A stretch of DNA of 52,334 nt. It comes from Bacillota bacterium (GTDB lineage: Bacteria > Bacillota > Clostridia > Christensenellales > QALW01). This document shows, piece after piece, positions 8,946 to 17,709 of this stretch. The stretch lies in assembly GCA_029007865.1 (NCBI GenBank), contig JAQXIQ010000078.1, positions 1 through 52,334 on the forward strand, given 5' to 3'. A program made the position numbers and the translations under genes. Under the pieces are notes generated by a model that had not been told where the DNA came from, made no database searches, and was given only the letters and a program-made list of their open reading frames with translations. The stretch's first letter is position 1, and every line of letters begins with the position of its first letter.

Positions 8946-10055
8946 TTAAGTCCCGGCGGCCTCGGAGCAGTCCCCTGCCGGCTCCGCATCGCTTGGCGTC
9001 ACCGTTTTTTTACCCTTGAGGGAGGTAATCGCCACCACCAGCAATCCCAGTATTATAAACAGATAATAGGTGAAAAAGCGCCATATCATTGTACCCCAGA
9101 ACAATACGCCGCCGGAAAGCTCCTTGAATATTATATAAAACGCGCCCTCCGCAACCCCCATATTGCCCGGTGTGGGAATGAAGGTCACTGCGGCATAGAC
9201 ATAAAAGCTGAGGGTCATTACATCCAGCCATACCGTATTTTCCGCACCGAAAGCGCGCAGTACGAAGAACGGCACCGAAGCAATGGCCACCTGAGCCAGA
9301 AGCGACAGCACAAATGCGGATATAAAAGAAAACTTTTCTTTTGCCAGATAATAAAGGTTGCTCCTGTAATCCTCAAAATAACGGCACACCGTGCCGAAGC
9401 TTTTTTCGTAATCCTTAATGATGCGTATTTTGGAAAGGAGCCTGAGCACGCCCGAGACAATGCTCTTGGTAAGCCGCGGAAATATGGAAAACAGCACTAA
9501 CAGCACCGGCACCACGGAATAGCAGATAAGCCCGAATACAGCCGCCGCCTTCATGGGCGCGGCGGTCTCCAGCGCCGAGGAGCGCCAGATAAACAGCGCT
9601 ATCGCAGCCGCCATAAAGGAAACCTGATTGGTGAAAAAGCCCATAACCGGGAGCGCACCCGATACTCCCGCGGAGAGCCCGGCCTTTTTAAGATAGTACA
9701 TCTGAAACGGCTGCCCGCCCGTGCCCGACGGAGTGATAAAGTCATAATACTTGCCCATTACCGCCACCTCAAAGGACGCGGAGGGCATGTTTTTGCCGGT
9801 GCAGGCGCGTATCATAACAAAATACTTTAAGCTCTCGCACAGTATTATCAGCAAAAACGCGCCCAAAGCAAGCAGTATAAAATACCAGTGCTCCCCCAGC
9901 AGCCGCACGATCTCACCAAACGGCTTGCCCGGGTTTTCCTGATTGCCGAACTCGGATATAGCCATCAGGACAATTACCAATATGTTTATTCCTACGAAAA
10001 CAAGGGACAGCCATGTTTTCTTTTTCTTGGGTTTTACCTCAGCAGAATTATTCAT
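8946..10055 (-). CDS. Lysylphosphatidylglycerol-synthase transmembrane-region family (flippase-like) membrane protein
   Basis: A lysine-rich N-terminus (KPKKKKTW) is followed by ~8 TM helices. The GTGGQPFQ and PTPGNMGVAEGAF motifs are typical of this family. Confidence 0.7.
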   Translation of the reverse strand: MNNSAEVKPKKKKTWLSLVFVGINILVIVLMAISEFGNQENPGKPFGEIVRLLGEHWYFILLALGAFLLIILCESLKYFVMIRACTGKNMPSASFEVAVMGKYYDFITPSGTGGQPFQMYYLKKAGLSAGVSGALPVMGFFTNQVSFMAAAIALFIWRSSALETAAPMKAAAVFGLICYSVVPVLLVLFSIFPRLTKSIVSGVLRLLSKIRIIKDYEKSFGTVCRYFEDYRSNLYYLAKEKFSFISAFVLSLLAQVAIASVPFFVLRAFGAENTVWLDVMTLSFYVYAAVTFIPTPGNMGVAEGAFYIIFKELSGGVLFWGTMIWRFFTYYLFIILGLLVVAITSLKGKKTVTPSDAEPAGDCSEAAGT

Positions 10056-10331
10056 ATACCCCGATCCGTCATTAAATATCTGTCTGTATTAAGTATAACA
10101 TACAATACTTTGTTTGCCAATAAATATTTTTGCTCTTTTGCCCCACAGTCCGCAATTGCGGCAAAACAGGCCGTTTTTCCTCAAAAAAAGTGCAGTAAGG
10201 CGCACCCCGCGGGGGTGCGCCTCGGTTTTATCCGCAAAAGGCAAGCGATATGTCCGAATTAACGTCGCCTTTGTCCCGGGCTCAGGCAGGCGATTTTCCT
10301 GCCTCGAGCCTTGCTATGCTTATTTTTATCC

Positions 10332-12341
10332 TTAGTCCGTTTTCACCGCGATAACCTCATAGCCAAACGGCCCAAGCAGACGCCTGCCCGCGCTCACGCT
10401 CTGCCCCGTTATAACATCGGTTCCGTCAAACTCCAGCAGATATGTACCGTCCCGGTCGGTGCCGTTTATGGCGGTGATCACCTTTTTATATCTGCCCTCT
10501 CCCCTGCGCATTATCACGCTTACGCCCGGATCGGCGGTAAAGGTATCGTCCACCCCGGCAAGATGCGCAAAATACGCAAATATTTCCTCCAGCATTTTTT
10601 CGCCCTCGGCGTTCCCTATCTGCGGCAGGGCGGACAGCACGGCTATATGCCCCTTACCCGACTTCCGACAGGTCAGAAAGGCGAAGCCGTCCGTAATATC
10701 GCTTGTCATTACCCCCAGCACCTCCGTGCCCTCATGTGCTGTGCAGGCCGCGCCGTGCAGGCATGCGGGTGCCTCCAGCCCGAAGGCCTTGAGTCTGTTG
10801 CCCGAAGCGCTCATGGGATAAAAGAACTCCGCCGTTATTCCGGCCTCCTTTTCCAGCCTGCCCATACAGCAATCGGTGCTGACCGTGTGATGCTCCGTCC
10901 TTATCCCGGTAAGGGGGCCTATCAGCCACACTCCGCCCCTTCTTACAAACTCCAGTGCCCGGTCGGCATATTCGTCCGACACGTGAGGCAAAAACGGCGT
11001 AAAGAGCAGCTTATAGCCCTCAAGGGAGGCCGTCTGGGGCAGAATGTCCCTGCGCAGACCGCGGCGCTCCATTATCCCGTGCAGCCACAGCATCCGCACG
11101 GAATAATCCTCACCCTCCAGCAGCCGCTCCGTCATAAAATACGCCCGCGCCTCCGAGGAATATGTCATGGCAATCTGCGGCTTCTGAAATTCCGTAGCCG
11201 TAAAGCAGGGCTCCACCGCCGCGCGCAGCTTTTCCACCTTCTGCACCTGATAAAAGCCGGTGCTTGGCTTGTTCCAGGCCGTCAGCAGCGCGCCGTGAGG
11301 CTGTTCGCAGCCCGCCCGGTGCTGCCGGAAATGCCAGTAGGAAAACCCGAACGCGCCCGAAGCATAAGCCCCCAGCGCCTCTATCTCCACAAAGCCCGGC
11401 CTGTGGTGCCGCACCATGCAGTCCAGGTTCCCGGAATAATTCGGGCTGGTCTCGGTGACAAAAAACCTGTTGTCCCCGCGCATCCCCCGGTAAAGGTCAA
11501 AGTCAAAAAGCCATTTGCAGTAGCCGTTATCGTCGGTATAGCCGTTCATGGAGGTAAAGTCCAGCCCCTTAAACAGCGCCTCGGCGTCCAGCGCGAAATT
11601 GGTATGCACATCATGGGTGATGGGCGCGCTGCTATAGCGGCGTATTATTTCCGCCTGCATAAAGGCAAATTCATTTATCATCTGCCGCGAAAACAGCCTG
11701 TACTGGGTCTGAAGCGAGGAATTATGCGGATATGTCGTATGCAGAGGCTGCACGACCTGCTCAAAGGTGTCGTAATACTCACTCCATATCTCGGTGCCCC
11801 ACGCCTCATTGAGCGCCTCTACGGTGCCGTATTTGTCCCTGAGCCACTCATGCCACCTCTTGCCGCACTCGGGGCACATGCACTCGTCGGTCTGCGCCTT
11901 CATCTCATTGTCAAGCTGCCAGGCTATAACCCCGGGATGCCCCGCAAACGCCTTGGCCACAGCCTCGGTTATTATCGCGGCACGCATGCGCATTTCCGGG
12001 TTATTGGTGCAGACGTGCTGCCGCGCGCCGTGTATATACCGCTTTCCCTCGTAATTCACGGCCAGTCTTTCGGGGTGTCCGTCGGTAAGCCACACCGGCG
12101 GCGTGGGAGTGGGCGTGCACATGATAACGTCAATGCCGTTTTCGTGCAGTCTGTCCGCCACCCTGACAAAAAAGGATATATCTATCTCATCGGGACGCGG
12201 CTCCATCCTGTGCCACGCAAATTCCCCCATGCGCACGCAGTTTATCCCCGCCTGTTTCATGTATCGGATATCGCTGTCAATAAAGCTCTCATCCCAAAGC
12301 TCCGGATAATACGCAACGCAGTGATACAGCTTCTTTTCCAT
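10332..12341 (-). CDS. Glycoside hydrolase family 42 beta-galactosidase
   Basis: RBS AGAGGTG precedes the ATG at 12341. The protein shows AYYPELWDE, MGEFAWHRMEP, the WQLDNE catalytic motif and the CxC...C zinc cluster (ECMCPECGKRW). Confidence 0.9.
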   Translation of the reverse strand: MEKKLYHCVAYYPELWDESFIDSDIRYMKQAGINCVRMGEFAWHRMEPRPDEIDISFFVRVADRLHENGIDVIMCTPTPTPPVWLTDGHPERLAVNYEGKRYIHGARQHVCTNNPEMRMRAAIITEAVAKAFAGHPGVIAWQLDNEMKAQTDECMCPECGKRWHEWLRDKYGTVEALNEAWGTEIWSEYYDTFEQVVQPLHTTYPHNSSLQTQYRLFSRQMINEFAFMQAEIIRRYSSAPITHDVHTNFALDAEALFKGLDFTSMNGYTDDNGYCKWLFDFDLYRGMRGDNRFFVTETSPNYSGNLDCMVRHHRPGFVEIEALGAYASGAFGFSYWHFRQHRAGCEQPHGALLTAWNKPSTGFYQVQKVEKLRAAVEPCFTATEFQKPQIAMTYSSEARAYFMTERLLEGEDYSVRMLWLHGIMERRGLRRDILPQTASLEGYKLLFTPFLPHVSDEYADRALEFVRRGGVWLIGPLTGIRTEHHTVSTDCCMGRLEKEAGITAEFFYPMSASGNRLKAFGLEAPACLHGAACTAHEGTEVLGVMTSDITDGFAFLTCRKSGKGHIAVLSALPQIGNAEGEKMLEEIFAYFAHLAGVDDTFTADPGVSVIMRRGEGRYKKVITAINGTDRDGTYLLEFDGTDVITGQSVSAGRRLLGPFGYEVIAVKTD

Positions 12342-12375
12342 TATTGCACCTCTTGAGCACATTATTGTCGCAGAT

Positions 12376-12404
12376 ATGATAACATGGCCCGGTCTTGTTT
12401 TCAA
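12376..12404 (-). promoter_or_regulatory. Promoter candidate for the GH42 gene
   Basis: On the minus strand: TTGAAA (12404-12399), a 17 nt spacer, then TATCAT (12381-12376). Confidence 0.45.
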
Positions 12405-12459
12405 TGTGTTTTTGATAATTTTTGTGCAATATCATACAGGCCTTTGCAAAAAATTTTCG

Positions 12460-12572
12460 TTTTTTTACCTTGTTTTTGGGCATTTTTTCGCTGTTTTTGA
12501 GCGTTTTTTCGCTGTTTTTGAGCGTTTTTTCGCTGTTTTTTCACTGTTTTTGAGCGTTTTTTACTGCTTTTT
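12460..12572. repeat. Helically phased T5-6 tract array (21-22 bp tandem unit, 10.6 bp sub-period)
   Basis: T-tracts start at 12483, 12494, 12504, 12515, 12525, 12536, 12547, 12557 and 12568, with two more at 12460 and 12473. The unit is TTTTTTCGCTGTTTTTGAGCG. Confidence 0.9.
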
Positions 12573-12604
12573 CACTGCCCTTACGCTTGTTCCCGGCCGC
12601 AGCG

Positions 12605-12790
12605 TCAGTCAATAAGGGATTCCACAAACGCCTGCATTTCGGCTCTTGAGCGTATTTCCGAAGCCCTGCGCACCACCGCGCTGCGCTGCTCCGGCGCCAT
12701 TCTCCGGAACCGCTCCGCCGCCTCCCGGTTCTGCATAAGCTCCATGGCCAGCCCCTGCGGAATATCTCCGTCCGTAATCCTGTTATCCAT
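12605..12790 (-). CDS. Small hypothetical protein (61 aa)
   Basis: RBS GGAGGG lies 6 nt before the ATG at 12790. The predicted protein is helical and charged (MDNRITDGDIPQGLAMELMQNREAAERF...). The longer ORF in the track lacks an RBS. Confidence 0.5.
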   Translation of the reverse strand: MDNRITDGDIPQGLAMELMQNREAAERFRRMAPEQRSAVVRRASEIRSRAEMQAFVESLID

Positions 12791-12976
12791 TTGTTTCCCT
12801 CCGGTCAACTGTGGATTATTAGGCGCCCGGCCCTTTCCCGGCGCCGCTTTAACGCACTTAGTATTAGGCGTTTTGCTGCTGATTATTCCTCCCGCGGGGT
12901 TTACGGGCGCACTTCCGGCCGCGCCGGGGCGCTGCTGCCGGCGCCCTCCTGCCCGCATGCGACAAAAGATAAGAAA

Positions 12977-12999
12977 GCCCGGGGCATTTTGCCCCGGGC
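12977..12999. terminator. Stem-loop after potD
   Basis: GCCCGGGGC-atttt-GCCCCGGGC. On the minus strand it is followed by TTTCTTATCTTTT. Confidence 0.65.
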
Positions 13000-13021
13000 C
13001 GCATGGTACGTCTTTGAATCC

Positions 13022-14071
13022 TCAGTTGCTGGTGGTAACGGTCAGCCACAGCTTGTCGTAAGCGTCGGTTTTTTCTCCAAGGTCGATGAATATCTCGCAC
13101 TTTTTGAGATATTCCTCATCGGGATATATCTTGGTATTGTTCTTAATCTCGTCGTCCAGCTGCTCATAGGCCAGCTTATTGGGGGTGCAGTAGCCTATAT
13201 AATCGACATTGCGGAAGGCTATGTCGCCGCGGCAGAGGAAGTCAATAAACTTTTCCGCCAGTTCCTTGTTCTGGCTGGTCTTGGGGATGCATACCGCATC
13301 AAACCAGACGTTGGTGCCTCCCTCGGGCAGGGCGAAATCCAGGAAATCCGCCTCGCCCATGGCGATTATGGCGTCACCGGTGTACACAACTCCCAGGGCG
13401 GCATTGCCCTTTGCCATCATGCCCTTGACCTCGTCGACGTAATACGCCTTTACAATGCCGCTGTCGCGCTGCTTTATAAGCTCTGCCTTGGCCTCCTCCA
13501 GCGCCTTATCATCCCTCTCGTTGAGGCTGTAGCCCAGCTTCATAAGGGCTATGCCGATGCTGTCGCGGGAGCTGTTGAGCATATACACTTCATCTTTATA
13601 CTTCTCATCCCAGAGGATATCCCAGCTTGTCACGGGCTCCTTAACCTTTTCCGTGTTATAAAGAATGCCCACCGTTCCCCACATATACGGAATGCTGTAC
13701 TTGCCCCCCATATCATAGTCCATGTCCAGATATTTTCTGTCTATGTTGGCGATATTGGGTATATTGTTATGGTCCAGTTCGTGCAGCATATCCATGGCTA
13801 TCATGCGCTGCACGGTATAATCCGACGGAAATATCACATCGTAATTCGCGCCCGGAGCCTGCAGCTTGGTCAGCATACCCTCGTTATCGGTAAAGTAGCT
13901 TACCTTGACGGTGCAGTTATACTCCTGCTCAAACTCCTCCAGAATGGACTCATCCATATAATCGTACCAGTTGTACAGCCTGAGCACCGGCTTGCTTTCG
14001 CAGGCGGTAAACGCCATGCAGCAGCCCGCCAGCAGGCATACGGCCAACAATACAGATAAATACTTTTTCAT
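13022..14071 (-). CDS. potD: Spermidine/putrescine ABC transporter substrate-binding lipoprotein
   Basis: The lipobox is LLAGC. PotD-like sequence (LRLYNWYDYM, YSIPYMWGT) and its position in the potABCD operon support the call. Confidence 0.9.
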   Translation of the reverse strand: MKKYLSVLLAVCLLAGCCMAFTACESKPVLRLYNWYDYMDESILEEFEQEYNCTVKVSYFTDNEGMLTKLQAPGANYDVIFPSDYTVQRMIAMDMLHELDHNNIPNIANIDRKYLDMDYDMGGKYSIPYMWGTVGILYNTEKVKEPVTSWDILWDEKYKDEVYMLNSSRDSIGIALMKLGYSLNERDDKALEEAKAELIKQRDSGIVKAYYVDEVKGMMAKGNAALGVVYTGDAIIAMGEADFLDFALPEGGTNVWFDAVCIPKTSQNKELAEKFIDFLCRGDIAFRNVDYIGYCTPNKLAYEQLDDEIKNNTKIYPDEEYLKKCEIFIDLGEKTDAYDKLWLTVTTSN

Positions 14072-14097
14072 CTCCCACTAATCCTCTCTTTTCTTGT

Positions 14098-14889
14098 TTA
14101 GTACAGCTCTGTTATGTCTGTACGTTTATTTATTATAAGCATAAGTATGAAAATGCTTATAAAAATCATAACGGAAAGCGCGTTGAAATACGGCTTTACA
14201 CCCATCTTGGCGGCGGAATAGATCAGGGTGGACAGGGTGTTGATATCCGAGCCCTGAGTCACAAAATAGCTGACCGCAAAGTCATCAAGCGACATTGTAA
14301 AGGCAAGCAGGGCTCCGGTTATGATTCCGGAGCGTATCTGGGGCAGCACCACCCTGCGTATCGCCAGCATCGGGGTTGCTCCCAGGTCCAGCGCCGCCTC
14401 GTAATACTGCGGATTAAGGGTTTGCAGCTTGGGCAGTACCGACAGCACCACATACGGTATGCAAAACGCCGAATGCGCCAGAAACAGGCTGAAATAGCCG
14501 CCGCCCAGTCCCACATAAGCAAAGACCAGCATTGTGGAAATACCTGTGACTATGTCCGGGTTGACCACCGGAATATTGTTTACCGCTCCCCACAGCATAC
14601 GCGGCCCCTTCTTCATGGAGAAAAAGCCTATCGCCGCAAACGTCCCCACAACGGTGGAAAACAGCGACGCCAGAAGGGCTATGGAAAAGGTTACAAACAC
14701 CGCGTCCATGATGGTGGAATCGGTAAAGACATATTCGTACCATTTTAAGGTAAAGCCGCTGAAGCCGCCCAATATGCTTTCGTTAAAGGAAAACAGCGCC
14801 GTGTAGAGAATGGGGGTATACAGCAGGAGCAGCACAAGCACCAGATAGATGATCTTAAACGGTTTGCTTTTTGACCGCACCGGAAGCAC
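14098..14889 (-). CDS. potC: Spermidine/putrescine ABC transporter permease
   Basis: Six TM helices and the EAA loop (YEAALDLGATPMLAIRRVVLP). Confidence 0.9.
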   Translation of the reverse strand: MLPVRSKSKPFKIIYLVLVLLLLYTPILYTALFSFNESILGGFSGFTLKWYEYVFTDSTIMDAVFVTFSIALLASLFSTVVGTFAAIGFFSMKKGPRMLWGAVNNIPVVNPDIVTGISTMLVFAYVGLGGGYFSLFLAHSAFCIPYVVLSVLPKLQTLNPQYYEAALDLGATPMLAIRRVVLPQIRSGIITGALLAFTMSLDDFAVSYFVTQGSDINTLSTLIYSAAKMGVKPYFNALSVMIFISIFILMLIINKRTDITELY

Positions 14890-15688
14890 CTCTCTTTCTC
14901 CTTGCGGGATCCCGCATATTTACCGCATTGGTTATAAGCATGCCTATGATTATAAACAGCAGCAGCACCACCGACAGCGCGGAGCCTATACCCCAGGTCG
15001 AGGTCTTGCCGAAATAACGCTGTATGATGTCGCCGATAATGGTAACCTTGCTGCCCCCTATCAGGGTGGCTATGGCAAAGGTGGAGACCGCCGGCATAAA
15101 CACCATGGTTATGCCCGTAACGACGCCGGGCAGGGAAAGCGGAAACACCACCCGGGTAAAGGTGCAGCGCGGGGAGGCACCCAGGTCGCTCGCCGCTTCG
15201 ATATAGGAGGGATCCATCTTGGACAGCACGCTGTACACCGGCAGTATCATAAAGGGCAGATAGTTGTAAACCATGCCCAGCAATACTCCCCAGACGTTGT
15301 TCATGAATAGCCTTTCAAGAAAAGGTATGCCGCTGAGTATGTTCATTGTGGCGTATGTGCGCAGCAGGAAATTCATCCACATGGGCATTATGAACAGCAG
15401 TACTATGACCGCCGGCATCTTCAGCTTTTTGTCGGCAAGAAAATACGCCGCGGGATACCCTATAAGCAGGCATATCGCCGTGCACGCCACCGCCAGAACT
15501 ACGGAGCGCAGGAATATAAGCACATAGTTGATGTCCTTATCGGTGAATACCTGGGTAAAATTCGCCAGCGTAAACTCGCCCGTGCCGTAATTGAAAAACG
15601 CGTAATATACCACAAGCAGCAGCGGCGCAACTATAAAGAACACCATCCACAGGACATACGGGTATGCAAAATACTTACTGTTCTTCAT
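14855..15688 (-). CDS. potB: Spermidine/putrescine ABC transporter permease
   Basis: RBS GGAGGAG precedes the ATG at 15688. The EAA loop reads [21 protein letters not shown]. The gene overlaps both the potA stop and the potC start. Confidence 0.9.
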   Translation of the reverse strand: MKNSKYFAYPYVLWMVFFIVAPLLLVVYYAFFNYGTGEFTLANFTQVFTDKDINYVLIFLRSVVLAVACTAICLLIGYPAAYFLADKKLKMPAVIVLLFIMPMWMNFLLRTYATMNILSGIPFLERLFMNNVWGVLLGMVYNYLPFMILPVYSVLSKMDPSYIEAASDLGASPRCTFTRVVFPLSLPGVVTGITMVFMPAVSTFAIATLIGGSKVTIIGDIIQRYFGKTSTWGIGSALSVVLLLFIIIGMLITNAVNMRDPARRKRGASGAVKKQTV

Positions 15689-16790
15689 CCTGCTCCTCCG
15701 CCTCATCCGGGAACTCCTCTTCGTATATCTCGTCGGAATAGAGCTTCACGTCGGATTTTTTCATTATGTGTATGTCAAACGGGCGCACAAACAGGCCCAC
15801 CTCTGCCCCCACCTCGCGCATGGTGGTATCCTGTATCATCCATTCGTAGCCGTCGCATTCCACTATCATCTCGTAATGCACGCCCTTGAAGGTAGTGGAA
15901 ATAACGCGCCCCGATATCTGCCCTTTGTCCGGCTCCACCAGATAAATATCCTCCGGTCTGACCACCACGTCCACCGGCTCGTCGGGAGCAAAACCTTTAT
16001 CCACGCATTCAAAGCGCGCCCCGCCGAAGTAAACGTCGCAGTCGGCATGCATGACGCCGTCAATGATGTTGCTCTCGCCTATAAAGTCCGCCACAAAGCC
16101 GTTTTTAGGCTCGTTGTATATCATCTCCGGAGTTCCTATCTGCTGTATGCGTCCCTGCGCCATGACAACGATGGTATCGCTCATGGTCAGGGCCTCCTCC
16201 TGATCGTGAGTAACATAAACAAAGGTTATGCCCAGCTGCTGCTGCATGCTTTTCAGCTCCAGCTGCATCTCCTTGCGCATTTTAAGGTCCAGCGCGCCCA
16301 GCGGCTCATCCAGCAGCAGCACCTTGGGACGGTTGATAAGTGCCCTGGCAATGGCGATCCTCTGCTGCTGTCCGCCGCTGAGGGAATCCACCTTGCGCTT
16401 GTTATATCCGGGAAGGTCTATAAGCTCCAGCATCTGCCCCACGCGCTGTCTGATCTCGTCCTGCGGCACATGCTTTAAGGTAAGTCCGAAGGCAATGTTG
16501 TCCTCGACATTCATATGAGGAAACAGCGCATACTTCTGGAACACCGTGTTGACCTCCCGCTTGTAGGGCGGAACGCTGGAGACGTCCGCTCCGTCAAAAA
16601 GCACGGTACCGGCTGTGGGATATTCAAAGCCCGCTATTATGCGAAGCGTCGTGGTCTTGCCGCATCCGGACGGCCCCAGCAGGGTTATGAACTCCTTTTG
16701 CCGTATATAAAGATCTATATTGTCAAGCACGGGAGTTTCGTCAAAAACCTTGGTTATGCCCTTAAGCTCAATGAGTTTATTCTCTTCCAT
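15675..16790 (-). CDS. potA: Spermidine/putrescine ABC transporter ATP-binding protein
   Basis: Walker [10 protein letters not shown], signature LSGGQQQR, Walker B LLLDEP, and a C-terminal TOBE-like domain. Confidence 0.95.
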   Translation of the reverse strand: MEENKLIELKGITKVFDETPVLDNIDLYIRQKEFITLLGPSGCGKTTTLRIIAGFEYPTAGTVLFDGADVSSVPPYKREVNTVFQKYALFPHMNVEDNIAFGLTLKHVPQDEIRQRVGQMLELIDLPGYNKRKVDSLSGGQQQRIAIARALINRPKVLLLDEPLGALDLKMRKEMQLELKSMQQQLGITFVYVTHDQEEALTMSDTIVVMAQGRIQQIGTPEMIYNEPKNGFVADFIGESNIIDGVMHADCDVYFGGARFECVDKGFAPDEPVDVVVRPEDIYLVEPDKGQISGRVISTTFKGVHYEMIVECDGYEWMIQDTTMREVGAEVGLFVRPFDIHIMKKSDVKLYSDEIYEEEFPDEAEEQDEEQ

Positions 16791-16811
16791 AACAAGCCCT
16801 CTCAGAATTTA

Positions 16812-17345
16812 TTAAAAGTTGGGCGGGGTGCTGACCCAGATAAGCTGTGCCGGCGTCTTGCCGGTGTTTTCTATATAGTGCGGCATGGCGGAGCGGAAGT
16901 AAAAGCTGTCCCCCTTGCGGCACTTTTTTTCCGCGCTGCCCAGATGCAGCACTATCTTGCCCGAGAGCACATACCCGAACTCCTCACCCTCGTGGGGATT
17001 GTCCGTATCCGTACAGCAGCCCGGGTTTATAACCACCATGATGGGCTCCATGCTGTTTTTCTGAGCCGACGGCACCAACCATGTTATTGAGCATTCCTCG
17101 CTCTCCTTGACCGGATAGTCGTTGACCCCGAAGACCAGCTTTTCCTCCGTGGTCTCGTTGAAAAAGTCCTTCAGGTTGGTGCCCAGGCATTCCAGAATGT
17201 CCATAAGCGTGGATATGCTGGGGCTGGTCTGGTCACGCTCCAGCTGCGATATGAAGCCCTTGCTCAGCTCGCACCTGTTTGCAAGCTCCTCCTGCGTAAG
17301 CCGATGCTGCAGACGCAGCTGCTTTATCTTTTCCCCTATACGCAT
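16812..17345 (-). CDS. XRE-family HTH plus cupin domain transcriptional regulator
   Basis: The N-terminal HTH reads IKQLRLQHRLTQEELANRCELSKGFISQLER. The C-terminal cupin reads GEEFGYVLSGKIVLHLG...PHYIEN. The gene lies 21 nt upstream of potA. Confidence 0.85.
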   Translation of the reverse strand: MRIGEKIKQLRLQHRLTQEELANRCELSKGFISQLERDQTSPSISTLMDILECLGTNLKDFFNETTEEKLVFGVNDYPVKESEECSITWLVPSAQKNSMEPIMVVINPGCCTDTDNPHEGEEFGYVLSGKIVLHLGSAEKKCRKGDSFYFRSAMPHYIENTGKTPAQLIWVSTPPNF

Positions 17346-17633
17346 GATGCGCCTCCGTAATATTAAACTTTGAGTTTATAAATTCTAAACCAAAAGACGG
17401 CTTATTATACATTCCCGCCGCTGCAAATGTCAAATGTTTTGCAAATATTTTTGTCCGGGTTTTCTCCCTGTTTTCCGCCATCCCTGCCCGCCTTTACCCG
17501 GCAGTTTGCGAAAACCCGCCATTTATCGCCCTTTTCGGACATCTGCAATCGGAAGCAGCGCCTGCGGCGCGGGTGTTTTGTTTAGCATTTGAATATAATT
17601 TGTTTACTCTTTCTAAACAAAATACAACGGTGC

Positions 17634-17664
17634 AAAAAAACAGAGGGCGCTCAGGCGTCCTCTG
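17634..17664 (-). terminator. Intrinsic terminator after ispH::rpsA
   Basis: The minus strand reads CAGAGGACGC-ctga-GCGCCCTCTG followed by TTTTTTT. Confidence 0.75.
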
Positions 17665-17709
17665 CGGTATTTGCTTTGCTTTTATTACATCGCTATGTAC
17701 GGCGCTGCT

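Larger units (their letters stand above)
8659..9039. repeat. Direct duplication (~170-180 bp, two copies) of a bidirectional terminator plus the 3' end of the 8946-10055 gene
   Basis: Copy 1 (8659-8836) and copy 2 (8872-9039) are near-identical, apart from a 9-bp insertion (agtcccggc, 8746-8754) and a few substitutions. Confidence 0.9.

Noticed and set aside
10311-12356. 681 aa ORF on the plus strand
   Set aside because: It lies fully antisense to the well-supported GH42 gene. The product is Arg/Pro/His/Gly-rich and low-complexity, which is typical of the stop-poor antisense frame of a high-GC gene. It has no RBS.
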